Below are positions 12,653 through 24,054 of a DNA stretch of 64,000 nucleotides, in pieces. Location: NCBI GenBank assembly GCA_973895155.1, contig OZ316894.1:21024451-21088450 (forward strand), in the 5' to 3' direction. The position numbers were made by a program, and so were the translations under genes. Source of the stretch: Marsupella aquatica (lineage: Eukaryota; Plantae; Marchantiophyta). Position 1 is the first letter of the stretch. Every line of letters starts with the position of its first letter. The notes beneath the pieces are model-generated. The model did not search any database and was not told the DNA's origin. It saw only the letters and a program-made list of their open reading frames with translations.

Positions 12653-13447
12653 CAAATAAAGGTTGTCCCCATTTACTCTACCAAGTCCCTTCTCATGTCT
12701 TTCACGCTAGGTTGTGTTCCTTCAAACTTTGGGCCACTTTAGGGTTTTGCACTACGGTAATACATGTTGTTTACATTCTTCTGGCTCCATCGTTGCAGGT
12801 GTCAACTTAACGTGTGGCGTGCTTTGACATTGTCAACCATTCGAGCCTGATCGATTATTGTTTGGCGAGACTGAACAATGCAGAATCAGAAGATTTGGCT
12901 TGTAGGGAGGGGGTGACAGATGCCTCAATGTGGATTGCACTGCGAGGCTTTCCAACATGGCCAGCTGGGCCTCGTGCTTCCTTCCAGCTGCTTCATGGTG
13001 AAGTTGAGAATTTTGACCCAGCATTTGCAGGCGTGCAAGTCCTGGAGGTGGCAACACGGCCAGCCCTAATGTATCCTGAGGCAGTCTTATTTGGGAGGGA
13101 GGAAGTGTCACCTGTGGAGCACATTGCTATGCCGGATCTACCTGTCATAAACATTGATGACTTTGGTGGAGACACAAAGAGCACCGTCACAACTGTCTCT
13201 GCTGCTGCCAGGGAGGTGGATACAGCCGAGGTGTCTTCGGCAGAGTGTGCCCAGGGCAAAGGAGCTACCACGCATTTGGGTCATCGCTAGGGGATTGCGA
13301 ATGGATTATGTGTACCTAGATTATCAGTACCAGTTAGGATTTTTTGAGGTTAGCATCGAACAAGGATTACTGGTGCTGTAAATGCGAGGAATACAGGAGT
13401 AGGCAGAAACCATTTTCCATCCTGGCAACCGGGTGCCTCCAACTCCA

Positions 13448-13792
13448 TGTTAGGATTTACTCTTAGATCTAGAGTTATGAATGTACCGTAGTTAAGACTA
13501 ACCTTAGTCGCAGACTTGGTTAGGTTAGTCATGTTGTGCACACTCTATAACCAAACGGTGTTTGCTTGGAGAGGTGGAACTCAGGCTCATTGTTACGGAG
13601 CCAGTTGAGAGATAGGGAGAGCTTGTGCTGTGGATGCTTGGTATGGCTGGTCGGCCTAGAGTGCAGTAAAGCTCTTGTGTGTTCCTGTGGACGTAGCCTC
13701 ATGTGGAGGTGAACCACGTATCTCTCTATGTCGACTATTGTGCATTGGATGGTTTATGGGCTTGCCGTTGCGATCGTCGTCTATGCTCAACA
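13448..13792 (+). repeat. 5' LTR of copia element
   Basis: TGTTAGGATT...GCTCAACA; about 11 substitutions versus the 3' LTR by manual alignment, mostly transitions. Confidence 0.95.
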
Positions 13793-13794
13793 AT

Positions 13795-13806
13795 TGGTAT
13801 CAGAGC
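13795..13806 (+). other. Primer-binding site complementary to tRNA-iMet 3' end
   Basis: TGGTATCAGAGC two bases after the 5' LTR; the canonical plant copia PBS. Confidence 0.93.
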
Positions 13807-15190
13807 ATGCCTGGGAGGTGACGTGTGTTCGTGACAGGATTTTGTGACGATTTTTTTTAGTGTTGAGTGTCGGTGGATTTCCCGGAGTTCCATCGCATGG
13901 AACTTGGAGTTTATGGGCTCAACGGATAGATTGGGGCAAGAGCTTTCTAACGGTGTGAAGAAATCACTGAACGGAGCTTGTGGTGTAGAGAGGTCTAAGT
14001 TTTTGTCATTCTGGATTTTGTGAAGAAAGTTGGCAACATTCGTGTTCGACGGTTTTTTGGAGGAGGGACCAGAGTTTGTTTTCTCGACGGTTTGAGCTCT
14101 ACGGTGAAGGAGGCATCGCATGATGTAGCTCTGCTTATAGATCGAGATGAGCTAATTGTTTTGGTAGTTGATTTGTTACCAAGTGTGTACCGTGTGCGAC
14201 GGGATGAGCAAAAGAAGCATTCTGATTTTCTGACCGGCTATGGAGTCCTTTTTTGCCTGATCGGGGTTTCTTGTCGTGGCAATCAACTCGGAGGGAGAAG
14301 CGTCAAGTGTTTTGACTCAACGGAGAGATTGAGGCAAGACGATTATTTTGAGTCCGGGATTGGCTCTTTGATGCGAAGAGGAAGGCTAAGCAAAATCAAT
14401 TACCTTGTTGGACTTGGTGACGGTACCAAGTGCAATTCATCAACATTTGTTGTTGACAAGGTACCATTTTTTCTCTTTGAAAAACTGATTCGAAATTGGC
14501 TATGGCAATTGAGAGAAATATGTCATCTTTACCAATTTTGTTCTCCCTCGTTCTTTCCTTGTTTTGGGTGCTTCTTATATCGATCTTCACCGCCTCGGAG
14601 TCTAGTTTCCAAATCTGAAATCAGATCTTGATTTCGTCAAAACCGAGTGAGATATCTTGCGTTTGGTGTCGAGGGGTACATTCTGCCGTGTGTATTTTCT
14701 GCGCGCGCGACCAGATTTCGACGACGAAGGGTGGTAGGGGGTTTTGGGGGTTCGAGGACACGTGTCAGCCCCTCGATTGTTCTTCCAAAATTCTCACAAG
14801 GTCTGTACAAGGGTCATAGAATATTTCAAAAAACCAGAGAGCTATTTTTTGACTGTCCGATAAAGATTTTGTCCGCCGAACGGTAACTTTTTTGGTTCTT
14901 TTTTGGCGAGGTCGTAGCCATTGAAGTTGGCAACACGGCGCACCAATCATATCACAATTCCGATGACGGGTTGTACTTGGTATTTTGGTTATTCCCTGAG
15001 GTGGTCAAAACGGGGGAGTTTCCCAAGGTTTTATCCACCTCGACCAAAATTTGAATAACTTTTCCGTCAAATTTTGATTTTGATTTCGGTTTTCAGTATT
15101 GGACTCCTAGCTTCGTGGGCTACGCGGCGGTATTGAGTTTCAAGTTTTTTGAGAAGTTGTGAAAAATGACATTTTTTGTGATTTTTTCAT

Positions 15191-18100
15191 ATGAGTGATT
15201 CGGAGGAGTTTTTCGAAGACATGGAACTTGAAGCACGAGGATCACCACGGCGATTTGAGGGGTAAAGAGAGGAGCAGGAGGAAGAGCACGTGACACCGAT
15301 ACCATCACCGGTGCGGCGTGTGGTGGAGGAAGCAGTACTACTACCGGAGCTCACAGTAGTGCCAAAGAAGAAGATGGGGACTTTCAAGCTTGGAGGACCC
15401 AAGTATGAAGTGACAAAGTATGATGGGCGCTCTAACTACTTGCTATGGGAGAAGCAGGTGAAGGGAGTGCTCTATGCGTCAGGGATGGGCCAACTACTGA
15501 GCCCTCGTGAAGACAATGTTGATGAGAAACAATGAGACCGCATGCAGGAGCAGGGAGTGTGGTATGTTACACTCTATATCATGCCTCCCATCATCAAGCA
15601 GTTGGGTGCACATAAGGATTGCATGTCCTTGTTTGTAGAATTGCAGAGCAAATATCACCGCAAGGAGTTGTCGAACCGGCTCTACACTTCCTACAAACTG
15701 ATGAGTTTCAGGATGAAGGAATCCGGTATGAAGCTGCAAGACCATGTGGATGCTTTCAACAACATGGTCGTTGACTTGGAAAACTTTGGGGAGACTTTGA
15801 ATGATGAGACGAAAGCTCTGCAGCTTCTTAGTTCATTGCCTCCATCTTACCAGTCCCTATCATGAGTGTTGTTGCATTGTGATAGGGATACCATTTCATA
15901 CAATGACGTGGTAAGTTCTTTGCTTAGTGATGATCTTCAGCAGAAGATGCACATCACGTCATAGCCTTCATCATCTGGTGTTGCCCTCAATGTTAACCGT
16001 GGGAGGAGTATGCAGCGATCAACTGGGGACCGTAGAACCCAGTTTAGATCTAAATCTAGATCTAAGTCCAGGGGTAAATCCCCTCAGAGGAGGCAGGTGA
16101 CATGTTGGAAGTGAAACCAAGTTGGACATTTCAAGCGAGACTGTAAGGGAAAGGCAGCGGAAACTTCATCGGCAAATGTGGCTAGGGCTGATGGAGAAGC
16201 TGATTTACTCAATGATGAGTATGTTTTATGAAGCCGGGGGTATGCCCTGTGCACGTCATCTAGGAGAGCAGATGATGTGTGGATTCTTGATTGTGCTTGC
16301 TCTTTTCATATTTGTTACATTCGTGTGTTTTTCAATTCTTACTTTGTTTCAAACGGTTTAGTTTTGATGGGAAATGATCACTCCTGTCAAATTGAGGGAA
16401 TTGGGTCTGTGAAGATTCAAATATTTGATGGCGCTGTGCGCACAGTGTTTGAAGTCAGGTATGTACCTGGCATGCGTAAGAATCTGATTTCACTCGGTGT
16501 GTTGGATTCAAATGGTCATCAATGGAGCGTTATTGATGGTGAACTTCAAGTCAGGTCGAGAGAGACAGTGATTTTGAAGAAGAGCTGACAAAAGAATTTG
16601 TATGTGTTACAGGGCAATACTGTATGTGGAGAGGCCAATGTAACCAAGTCTCACGAGGAGATGACTCAACTGTGGCATTCACGGCTAGGCCACATGAGTG
16701 AGAAGGGTTTGGCTATCTTACGAAAGAATGGACTCATTTTTTATTTGCAATCTTGTAAATTAGAGTTCTGTGAGCATTGCATTCTTGGAAAGCAGCATCG
16801 TCGTGCTTTTGGTGTTGGAACTCATCGTTCCAAAGCGGTTCTTGAGTACATACATAGTGACGTGTGGGATCCATCCCCGACTCCCTCACACTCTAGAAAG
16901 TTGTACTATGTATCATTTATTGACGATTACTCAAGATTTGTGTGAATTTATTTCATGACGCATAAGTCTGATGTCTTGTCCATTTTAAGAAGTGGAAGGC
17001 CCAGGTGGAGAATCAGACTGGAAACACGGTCAAGTGTTTGGATACAAGGGTGAAGAGTCTGAGGTTAGACAACGGCGGGGAGTACACTTCAATGGAATTT
17101 GAAGAGTACTGTTCAGAACAGGGGATAACTTGTCATCTCACCACAATTTATACTCCACAGCAGAATGGTGTCGCTGAGAGGCTCAATCGGACACTATTGG
17201 AGCGGTCACGGAGTATGTTGAGCCAATCAGGTTTACCACAAGAATTTTGGGCAGAAGCTGACAATACCGCAGCTTATTTGGTAAATCTTTCTCCTTCTAG
17301 TGCTATCAATTTCAAAACGCCATTTGAGATGCGCTATAAGCGGCAAGTAGACTATCATGGCTTGGTAGTTTTTGGAAGTGATGCATGTGCTCTCACACCA
17401 AAGCAAAATAGGACCGAGTTGGATCCTACCTCCAAGAAATGTATTTTTCTTGGGTACCAAAGTGGTGTGAAAGCCTATAGGCTATGGGATCTTATTGCCT
17501 GTAAGCTCGTTGTCAGTAGGGATGTTTCCTTCAATGAATCCAGATTATTGAAGGAGGGGGAGAATACTCAGGTCTCCCGTACTGACAAAGGAAAATCTCA
17601 TATCCCAGATCTTGTTGAGGGGGAGATTGGTTATGAGGTGCATGACCGGAGAGAAGGAGTTGCTCCAATTATGGAGCTGGTTCCTGTGCCAGAGGAACCA
17701 GAGGAGTTTGTTGATGCTGGTGAGCAGCAAGTGGATGCTGCTGAGCTTCAAATTGTACCAGCACACGCAGATCAACCGGAGTCATCGGCTAGAAGAGCAT
17801 CTGGTCGCACTATACGCGCTCTACCAAGGTATGGACAGTGGGTTGATTCATCTCAGTTGCAAGAGGAGGATTTTGTTACTGACGATGAGGGTGATGCATT
17901 GATTTTGGAAGAAGGTGAACCTTCTTCATTTCATGAAGCAAGTGCTTCAAAGGAGAAGCAGGAGTGGACTGCAGCAATGCAAACAGAGATGCAGTCACTG
18001 AAGGACAACAAAACTTGGGAGCTTGTCAAGCTGCCTAAGGGACAACAAGTGGTGGACAGCAAGTGGATATACAACCTGAAGGATCAGTCCACAGGAGGTG

Positions 18101-19502
18101 GATCGAAGGTCTACAAGGCTAGGTTGGTAGCCAAGGGATTCACATAGGAAAATGGTGTGGATTATAATGAGGTCTTCTCACCAGTTGCTAAGTACTCAAC
18201 AATACGGCTATTGTGTGTGCTTGTTGTTATGTTTGGTCTGCTGCTAGATCAGATGGATGTTGTCACAGCTTTCCTCTATGGCACCTTGGAAGAGGTGATC
18301 TTCATGAGACAGCCGCTAGGTTTTGTGAAGAAAGGGCAAGAGGATTTGGTTTGCAGATTATTGAGATCCTTGTACGGGTTGAAGCAGTCATCAAGACAAT
18401 GAAATAAGCGGTTTGATGATTGGATTCGTGCACAAGGCTTTCACAGGAGTGTGTTTGACCCATGTGTGTATCTTAAACCGGTGAAGAATGTTGTCTTTGG
18501 GTTCATTATTTTAGTACTTTATGTGGATGACATGCTAATTGTAGCCAAGGATAGGTCTGAGATTGTTAAGCTCAAGGCACTGCTTAGTGCAGAGTTTAAG
18601 ATGAAGGACTTAGGGCCAGCTAAGAGGATTTTGGGTATGGAGATCACTAGGGACTTGGAGGCTGGCAAGCTATGGTTGACGCAGAGCAGTTATGCGAGGA
18701 AGGTAATTGCAAGGTTCAACATGGGGAATAGCAAACCAGTAAGTACCCCCTTGGCTCCACACTTCAAGTTATCATCAGCGTTCTATCCTACGGATGACAC
18801 AAAGAAGGGGTTGATGTCAAAGGTTCCGTATGACAAGGCAGTGGGGAGTCTCATGTATTTGATGACTTGCACTAGACCTGATCTTGCCATGGCTATGGGC
18901 AAGGTGAGCAGGTACATGTCGAATCCAGGGAAGGTACACTGGGAAGCAGTGAAGTGGATTATTCGGTATTTGAAGGGTACTGTGGATCATGGTCTATTGT
19001 TTGATGCACATGCTGATAATGCTAGATCATTGATGGGCTATGTAGATGCTGACTATGCACAGGATCTGGATCGGAGGAGGTCAACATCAGGTTATGTGTT
19101 CACACTGGGAGGTGGATGCATAAGTTGGAGGTCTACTTTGCAAAAGTGTATTGCTCAGTCTACTACAAAAGCGGAGTATGTTGCAGCAACGGAAGCAGCA
19201 AAAGAAGCGATTTGGTTGGATAGACTTATCACTGAGATGGGATTGCCACAGGGAATGTGAAACTCCATTGTGATAGTCAGAGTGCACTCCACCTTGCTGT
19301 GAACCAAGTGATGGACAGTAGAGTGAAGCACATCGACGTTAGGTACCATTTTATCAAGCAAGCTGTGTCTGATAATATGTTTGAGCTAGTCAAGATTGAT
19401 GATAAACTCAACCCGGTTGACGCTTTTACCAAAGTGATTCCTTTGGAGAGTTTTTCTAGACACCGTGATGCGTTGCAGGTTTTGCAATTGCCTCACAAGT
19501 AG
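15191..19502 (+). pseudogene. copia gag-pol polyprotein with multiple stops and frameshifts
   Basis: Zinc knuckle CWK*NQVGHFKRDC, protease WILDCACSFH, WHSRLGH..CEHC, integrase HSDVW/FIDDYSR/DNGGEY/QQNGVAERLNRT, RT YKARLVAKGF/QMDVVTAFL/YVDDML, RNase H YVDADYA/CDSQSA/KHIDVRYHF. Confidence 0.95.
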
Positions 19503-19692
19503 GGTTACTTAACATTTGTGTAGATACTGGGATATGCTCTTGCTCATTCCTTGTATAGGCTACGGCTTAGTTTTGGTCTACTTTTGTATAAAGAGGGAAA
19601 AACCGGTTTGGTTTTTCTTTCCAGAACTTCCCGCTGAGCAGTCATATTGGTAGTAGTCTTTACCCTCCCCTAGACCAGAGTCAAGGGGAGAT

Positions 19693-20037
19693 TGTTAGGA
19701 TTTACTCTTAGGTCTAGAGTTACGAATGTACCGTAGTTAAGACTAACCTTAGTCGCAGACTTGGTTAGGTTAGTCATGTTGTGCACACTCTATAACCAAG
19801 CGGTGTTTGCTTGGAGAGGTGGAACTCAGGCTCATTGTTACGGAGCCAGTTGAGAGATAGGGAGAGCTTGTGCTGTGGATGCTTGGTATGGCCGGTCGGC
19901 CTAGAGTGCAGTAAAGCTCTTGTGTGTTTCCGTGGACGTAGCCTCATGTGGAGGTGAACCACGTATCTCTCTATGTTGACTATTGTGTGTTGGATGGTTC
20001 ATGGGCTTGCCGTTGCGATGGTCGTCTATGCTCAACA
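19693..20037 (+). repeat. 3' LTR of copia element
   Basis: Matches the 5' LTR; preceded by the PPT and followed by TSD CTCCA. Confidence 0.95.
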
Positions 20038-21336
20038 CTCCAATGTAATTTTGCAGACCTACGTTTGAACAACATGATAAAAAATTAGTCACTTGGTGTG
20101 ACTAACACTTTTTTGTCTCAACTTTGTGAATACTGTGAACCGTTGCACATGCTTCTTCCTGAATGTTGCAATCTTTTATTACAAAATTAAATGATAACAC
20201 ATCCTCAAAATAGTATGACCAAGGTTTGCGACACACAATGCTTGTACTACCTTAAGAAGCTCATCAAAATGCTTCAAACAAACTGCTGAACACTACTCTA
20301 CAAAACATAAGCACATTGCTTCTACAAAACTAAGGCAGCGGTACTTCTCCCGTATCGATGGCAACGGTAGTTCTCCCTAATCAAGGATTACTAAGTGAGC
20401 CTCTACCGATTGTCCCCATGTGTTCAAATGATCACACTTTTCTTCAAGATGGGCGAGTCACTGAGCCTAGTCAGAGTGCTGCCAGCGGATACATCATGCC
20501 ATCTCCCGAGCTGCCATCGCTGTTGTGTTGGCCCTCACGAGCTTCCTTCTCTCTCTCTTGCTCCCTCTCTTCTCTGAGTCTCCTGGCAGCAGCCCTCTGT
20601 CTCTTGAGCTTCAGACGGCGTGTCTGTTCTGTCATTGGCCTCCATAACTCAGCCATAACTTCTGATGCTCGGCTTCCCTATCTTCAGTTGGATCCTGGTT
20701 TGCAGGAGTGTTCTCCGTTGGTTGCTGCAAGGCTAGAACGTTCGTTGGAGCGCGAGCAGGGTGAGATTCCTGACCGTCATCGACAACGTCTATGATGATG
20801 ATAGCCTTGGAGGAAGGCACAGGCGGAATTCTCCTGGAAGAAGAACCTGTGGCTTGATGTGTTTGAGGAGCCATGGAGAAAGCGCTTGTGTGACAGACAG
20901 AGACAGCGAGTGATGTGAGATTGCACCAAAGTATTAGCAAATGTTGAGAGTGTTCTGGTGGGCAGCCGACCCTTTATAAAATAAAACCTAAGTACATTGA
21001 AGGTAGTAGTGTGAGGTGGGAATCCGTTACCCTCACAAGATTTGGCATCCCCAAACCTCGTAGTCCCCCCTGTGTAGCCATAATAATTAAATGTGTGGGA
21101 GTGTCACAATTTAAGACAGGCCTGTTGCCTTGACAAGACGTGTCCCATTGACAAGTCTTGTCAAACACCCGTTCCATGAACATTCAATTGGTAGTCTTCG
21201 TAGTACGTGTGTCCTTGCATACAACCTTGGAATGGGTCTTAAGTTAAGGTACAAGTGAAAACATAGTGATTGCCAAAAACATTGGGGAAACCCAGCTTTC
21301 ATATTTTATTTATGAAATATGGCTTACATTTGCATA

Positions 21337-22874
21337 CTACGGGCTTAGAGAATCTGGGACCGTATCGAACCCAGCTTGAGAGTGGATAATGCCCATCATA
21401 TGCTTAAAGTGGGTCGGGGATCCATTTTGCTTGATGACCTCTGTGAGCAGCACAGTTGATTGTTGGGCTTTAATAATTGTTAGTTGATGCTTCAAATCAA
21501 TTCTAGCTCGCTTTTCATCCTGTTTTCGCTGAATGCGTTCCCTTTTTGCCAATTCAGCAGATTGGGTATCAAGAAAGACCTTCTATCTAAATGCCTCTAA
21601 TTCTCTAGCCTCTTTGCGGTCAGCTATTTCCTGTGCTCGCCACCTATCCTTGTCATCAATCAATTGAATCCTAAAAGCATTATTGTCTTGCAATTTTTCA
21701 GCATATACCTCAGCGAGATTGGGCCTGGAAGAGGCTTGTGTGTTTGAAGGTCTCTTTCCCTGCCGGGGACGTTGAGTGCCTCGTTCAGCTGTGACGGTTG
21801 GATGAGCAGACGTTGTGCCCTTGCTTCTACCTGGCGTTCGTGTGTGCGTGGATGTTGGAGTTGATGTTGGAGTTGGTTCTTCCACAAACCCAAAATTGGA
21901 ATTAGGCTGGGATGTATTGTCAGCTGCAGTTGGAGGCTACGATTCTCCAGGTGGAGTTCGAGGGAGCGAGTCTTCAACATCAGCATCGCTGTTGCCGGTA
22001 GTAGGGCGGGTAGCCGCATCAAGATCATCGTCGGTAAATGTTTGAGCAAATTGAAAGTCAGTGTCAACTGCTGCAACAAAGAGTAGTCAACCCATTAGCA
22101 TAGCTCATAAGCGAGACACTAAATTGAGGTCCGAATGACAATGCACATGGAAGGAAGAAGCAGGATGTCGACAGGTTTGACTTTACCTGGTTCGTTCACG
22201 TTTACGTCCTCAGAAATTGGTGGTTCCGTTTTGGGTAACTCGTCATTTTCTGAACCTTCATCAACATACAATTCCCGGTGACCAAGCAGCCCACAAGCAA
22301 CTATGCTTGGAGGCAAAACATTAGCTCTCTCCCCATAAATTGCATGCATACGCTCAAAATGTGCGCAGATCTTCTTGTACTTGTCGGCAAGAGTAAGGCC
22401 TTGTCTCAACTCCGCTTCTGTCAATCCAGCCCCTGAGTCTCGCTTCATCGCCAGGGCCTCCTTGTACTTCTTAATGAACCGCTGAAACTTTTTCCCAAGG
22501 TTATCCCTTGTGGTCACAGATTTTCGGAAGCCGCTATCATGAAGGTCAATGAGCATTTTTTTGAACACGGTCTTCTTTGGCAGATGTCTACTAGTGATAG
22601 ATGGGCGGCTACTGGTGCCATTCAGCATAGCAAAATTCTCAGGGACTTCCAACTAATCAACAATGTGCGCAAGGTGCTCTGGTAACAACTTACGATTATC
22701 TCCACCTGAGGCCATTGCTGAAGCTGTTGCGACCATGTTGGCATCAGAGTCGGGAGGCTGGGAATGGCGAATGACAACTTCTGCAGGTGAGTACCGTGCT
22801 CGATCTGGGTAGGGGAAAAGATGGTGGATCACCAGAGGAATGTCCTGTCTCAACACCATGTTTGCCATTGCCAA
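21337..22874 (-). pseudogene. Second (putative DNA-binding) ORF of the Harbinger-like element, disrupted
   Basis: ORFs 22874-22653 and 22652-22119 are separated by one TAG (HIVD*LEVPENFAMLNG, likely W). Followed by a helical region (KFQRFIKKYKEAL..DSGAGL..KICAHFERMHAIYGERAN), a low-complexity linker and a coiled-coil tail. Convergent with the transposase inside the TIRs, the usual two-gene PHIS layout. Confidence 0.65.
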
Positions 22875-23889
22875 CCCCTACACAATTCATTCAGCTCTCA
22901 AATTCAGTGAGGGAATTACAGTTTCAAAATTTTGCCACAATCGACGCTGGCATTCATGGACCTTCAAGCACTTTGCGGCGGGTTCAAAAACTGGAGCGGG
23001 GGAAGAGTCACTACTGCCTTAACTCTTCGAAGGCCTTAACCATGGTTCGCCCTAAACCCACATTCATATGCACCGTGGACCCCTTTCAGATCTCACTACC
23101 CCAGGCAATGCGTGCCCGGACTCACCCTGTCGCGGGCCGCCCGAGTGCCTCGGGGGCCGCCCATGGTCGCGCTTTTTTCTTCTTCTTCGTTTTTGAGACG
23201 CCCTACTGGTGCGGTGACTCTTTCGAATTCATGTTTGTTTGGTAATATAACAGCTGGGCCACGGTGTGGCGCCATCGGGAATGGAAAAATCCCCTGACTC
23301 GAGTGTGCAGGCTAGGTTCAGCGAATGTCATGCATGTTTTGGTTGCGTCCCTCCAAGCCTAATGCAGATTGCAGTGAGACTGCCCTATGAGCTATATTGA
23401 GACAGGCCATCCTTAGGATGTCTGCTTTAGGTCTAGAGGAGATGTGACCAATAAGTGTAATTATTAGTGTAGAAAAGCCCACTTTGGATTACATGGTGGG
23501 TAAGCTAAAAAGTCACAGAAAGCCCACATATAGGGCCAGAAAAACATGAATATGTAGTCATTGCAGGTAGGTGACATTTTGAAGATGGCCTCAAGCAAAG
23601 TCACAACACTGGTAAGGGGTCACCCTTTTGGCCATTTGGGGTATCCACAATCACACTTTTCTGTATGAAGAGTTTGACCTGGAGGTACTCAATGCAGGTA
23701 AAAATGAGAATCCTTCATTGGTGGATTAGTGTGCTAGGACCCAAATCTTGAGACACTTGGGTTCATCATGATCTTAATCTAAAATATTGGATCACAGGGG
23801 TAAAATAATCTTGCATAATAATAGGACGGAACATTTTTTTTATTTTGATTTGATTTTGTTTTGTCTCTGATTTCTCATTAAATAAACAT

Positions 23890-24054
23890 TTGTTTTTGGT
23901 TTCATATATATTAGAGTTTTTATGTATTTCAGTTTTAATTTTGGGCAAGAGCAGGCAAGCATCGGTCAGAGATTGTTTTTGGGTTTCGTATATATTAACG
24001 TTTTTATGTATTTCAAATTTAATTGTGGGCAAGTGCAGGCAAGCATCGGTCAGA
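23890..24054. repeat. Two-copy ~84-bp tandem repeat
   Basis: ttgtttttg..tttc.tatatatta..gtttttatgtatttca..tttaatt.tgggcaag.gcaggcaagcatcggtcaga occurs twice. Confidence 0.8.

Larger units (their letters stand above)
13448..20037 (+). mobile_element. Full-length Ty1/copia LTR retrotransposon (Tnt1-like pol)
   Basis: 345-bp LTRs 13448-13792 and 19693-20037 (TG..CA), TSD CTCCA (13443-13447, 20038-20042), PBS tggtatcagagc (13795-13806), PPT aaggggaga (19683-19691), domain order gag-PR-INT-RT-RH. Confidence 0.97.
9491..23204. mobile_element. PIF/Harbinger (PHIS) superfamily DNA transposon, Pangu-like ends, with nested copia insertions
   Basis: Left end AGGGTGTCTCAAATACG (9491) matches the reverse complement of the right end, AGGGCGTCTCAAAAACG (ends 23204), at 15/17. 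Flanked by ACT at 9488-9490 and 23205-23207. Contains a DDE_Tnp_4-like transposase (+) and a convergent second ORF (-). Confidence 0.85.

Noticed and set aside
13795-13806. tRNA gene
   Set aside because: Only a 12-nt primer-binding site; no cloverleaf.
14020-14631. 203-aa ORF between the copia PBS and gag
   Set aside because: It starts at GTG, has no recognisable motif and lies in the long 5' leader; probably incidental.
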